A stretch of 64,000 nucleotides of DNA, taken from the human T2T-CHM13v2.0 reference genome, Homo sapiens. Shown here piece after piece: positions 59,880-64,000 of this stretch. Position 1 is the first letter of the stretch. Every line of letters starts with the position of its first letter. Location of the stretch: assembly GCF_009914755.1 (NCBI RefSeq), contig NC_060944.1; one strand, 5' to 3'. Below the pieces are notes generated by a model. The model was not told where the DNA came from and ran no database searches. It worked only from the letters and a program-made list of their open reading frames with translations. The position numbers were made by a program, and so were the translations under genes.

Positions 59880-60430
59880 GCTCACCTTAGCCTCGCCCCG
59901 AACCCACCTCACACACCCCAAACGCCCACAAGACGCCGCTCTGTCTAGTCTCTCCCAACTCCCGCGCACCCCCGGACGTCCCCCCCACCCCAGGCCCGGA
60001 TCCTGGAATCACCTGGGCCCCGCGCCCCACGCCCCGCCGCCGGGCCCACCTGCGCGCCCAGCTGGTTCAGCTGCTGCATGTCGCCGCCCACGGCCTCCGG
60101 CACCGGGTCCTCAGTGCAGTGCAGGCGGCCCATGGCGCGCGCCCCAGCCCCGCAGGTTCCACCGCCGCCGCCGCCCTGCTCAGCTTCCTCCTCCGCTGCC
60201 GCTGCCACCGCTGCCGGCCTCTCCGCGCATCCACAACCGCACTTTCGCCACGGCCGTCGCAGCGCGCTCCTCCCCCGGCCGCCCTGGGCTGTCCGGAGCC
60301 GGGGAGCCCTCGCAGGGCCGCGGACACGCGCGGCCGCCGGGCTCCGGGGAGGGGCAGGGGCGGCGCCGGCACCGGCAGACGCGAGGTTTCCTGCCAGCTC
60401 TCCCGCTGAGTGACCTTTGGGTACGGCGCT
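59880..60430. promoter_or_regulatory. CpG island / COMMD7 promoter and first exon
   Basis: Abrupt GC- and CpG-dense stretch with GC boxes and a (GCC)n run at about 60162-60176, overlapping the start codon. Confidence 0.9.
60050..60133 (-). CDS. COMMD7: COMMD7 coding exon 1 (aa 1-28, MGRLHCTEDPVPEAVGGDMQQLNQLGAQ)
   Basis: ATG at 60133-60131 in strong Kozak context GCGCGCCATGG; donor CAG|GTGGGC at 60049. Confidence 0.96.
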
Positions 60431-60695
60431 TGGCCTCTCTGAACCTCAGTTTCACCATCTGAGAAAATGATGGCTGGGGTAGCTCCTTAAATGAGTTAAG
60501 CCTCCAGAAATGTTTAACGCAGAGACCGGCACACAAGAGGTCTTCAATCAATGGCTAGCTGCTATTATCATCATCACTGTTACTATGCACTCCAGAGATA
60601 TTTATGGCAGCCTACTCGATGCCAGACACTGGGGACAGGGAAGGGAACAAAGCAGGCCAGAGTGTCTCTCGGAGAGCTGACATCAGAGTAGAGAC

Positions 60696-60845
60696 TAGGT
60701 CTCAACCTTGGAAGGGCATCAGCATCACCCCAGCATCACCTGGTATTGCCGGGCCCCGCCCCCAGAGGATCTGATTCGAAAGGCCAGGGTGGAGCCTGAG
60801 AATTTGCATTTCCAATAAGCACCCAGGGACTACACTTTGAGACCT
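60696..60845. mobile_element. MER5A-like hAT element upstream of the COMMD7 promoter (similar elements at about 2938-3417, split by an Alu, and about 63757-63840)
   Basis: GGGCCCCGCCCCCAGA..TCTGATTC..GAGAATTTGCATTTC..AAG..CCCAGG..CACTTTGAG. Confidence 0.7.
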
Positions 60846-61289
60846 TCTGGAGTGGAAGAAACTGACTTACCAAAGTTTCCTCAAAATAGTGCGAGGGCTT
60901 TGACTGTGCGGGGCAGGGAGGGTGGTGGTGAGGTGGGTGAGGGGAGGTTACTGAGACCGTGATCATCACTGCAGCCCCTCAAACACTCTAACCCCCATGC
61001 CCTCTCTTCCCAGGGGCTCCTCACAGTTCCCAGGTGAATATTACCCTAATCCCCACTGGAAACATGAGAAAATAGAGACATGCTACCCAGAATCTAGGAA
61101 CTGAACGCCAAGCCTAAGGGCTTCACCTAGCCCCTAAGTCCAGCCTTGAGGGTAAAGAGGTAATGCCGAGAAACCTGGAGCAGGGAAATGTGGGGGGTTT
61201 GGCTGGCCTTCCTCACCAGCCCTCCTCCTCTCCTCTACCCTTTCCTGAAAATCCCTTCTGTAAAAGTATAAACAAAATGTCTTCTACCC

Positions 61290-64000
<2,711 letters not shown>

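Noticed and set aside
59851-60551. Several overlapping Pro/Arg/Gly/Ala-rich ORFs on both strands (up to 203 aa)
   Set aside because: Stop codons are depleted in a CpG island; only the 84-nt COMMD7 exon 1 frame has splice and homology support.

Overview
Human (primate) genomic DNA that is very Alu-rich, with MIR, L2, L1M, MER and LTR relics between the Alus. Gene content matches the COMMD7/BAK1P1 locus on human chr20q11.21 (recognised from the proteins, not searched). Two genic elements lie on the minus strand. (1) The complete 9-exon COMMD7 gene: I assembled the CDS exon by exon to 603 nt (200 aa plus stop) with GT-AG introns, a CpG-island promoter near 60.2 kb and poly(A) signals near 21.3-21.4 kb. 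(2) A full-length BAK1 retrocopy (BAK1P1/'Bak-2') with an intact 211-codon ORF, UTRs, a poly(A) remnant and a perfect 15-bp TSD. The most unusual observation is an inverted, Alu-interrupted copy of COMMD7 exon 7 with its splice sites inside intron 5. It could fold the pre-mRNA over exons 6-7, whose joint skipping (141 nt) keeps the frame. Other oddities are an 80-bp perfect inverted repeat between tail-to-tail Alus, a templated 68-bp insertion, a short unidentified poly(A)+TSD retro-insert, a possible deletion junction, a NAGNAG acceptor and several nested transposon stacks. I see no evidence of a prokaryote-type novel system, and almost all other ORF-track entries are Alu translations. Repeat coordinates are approximate and subfamily calls were made by eye.
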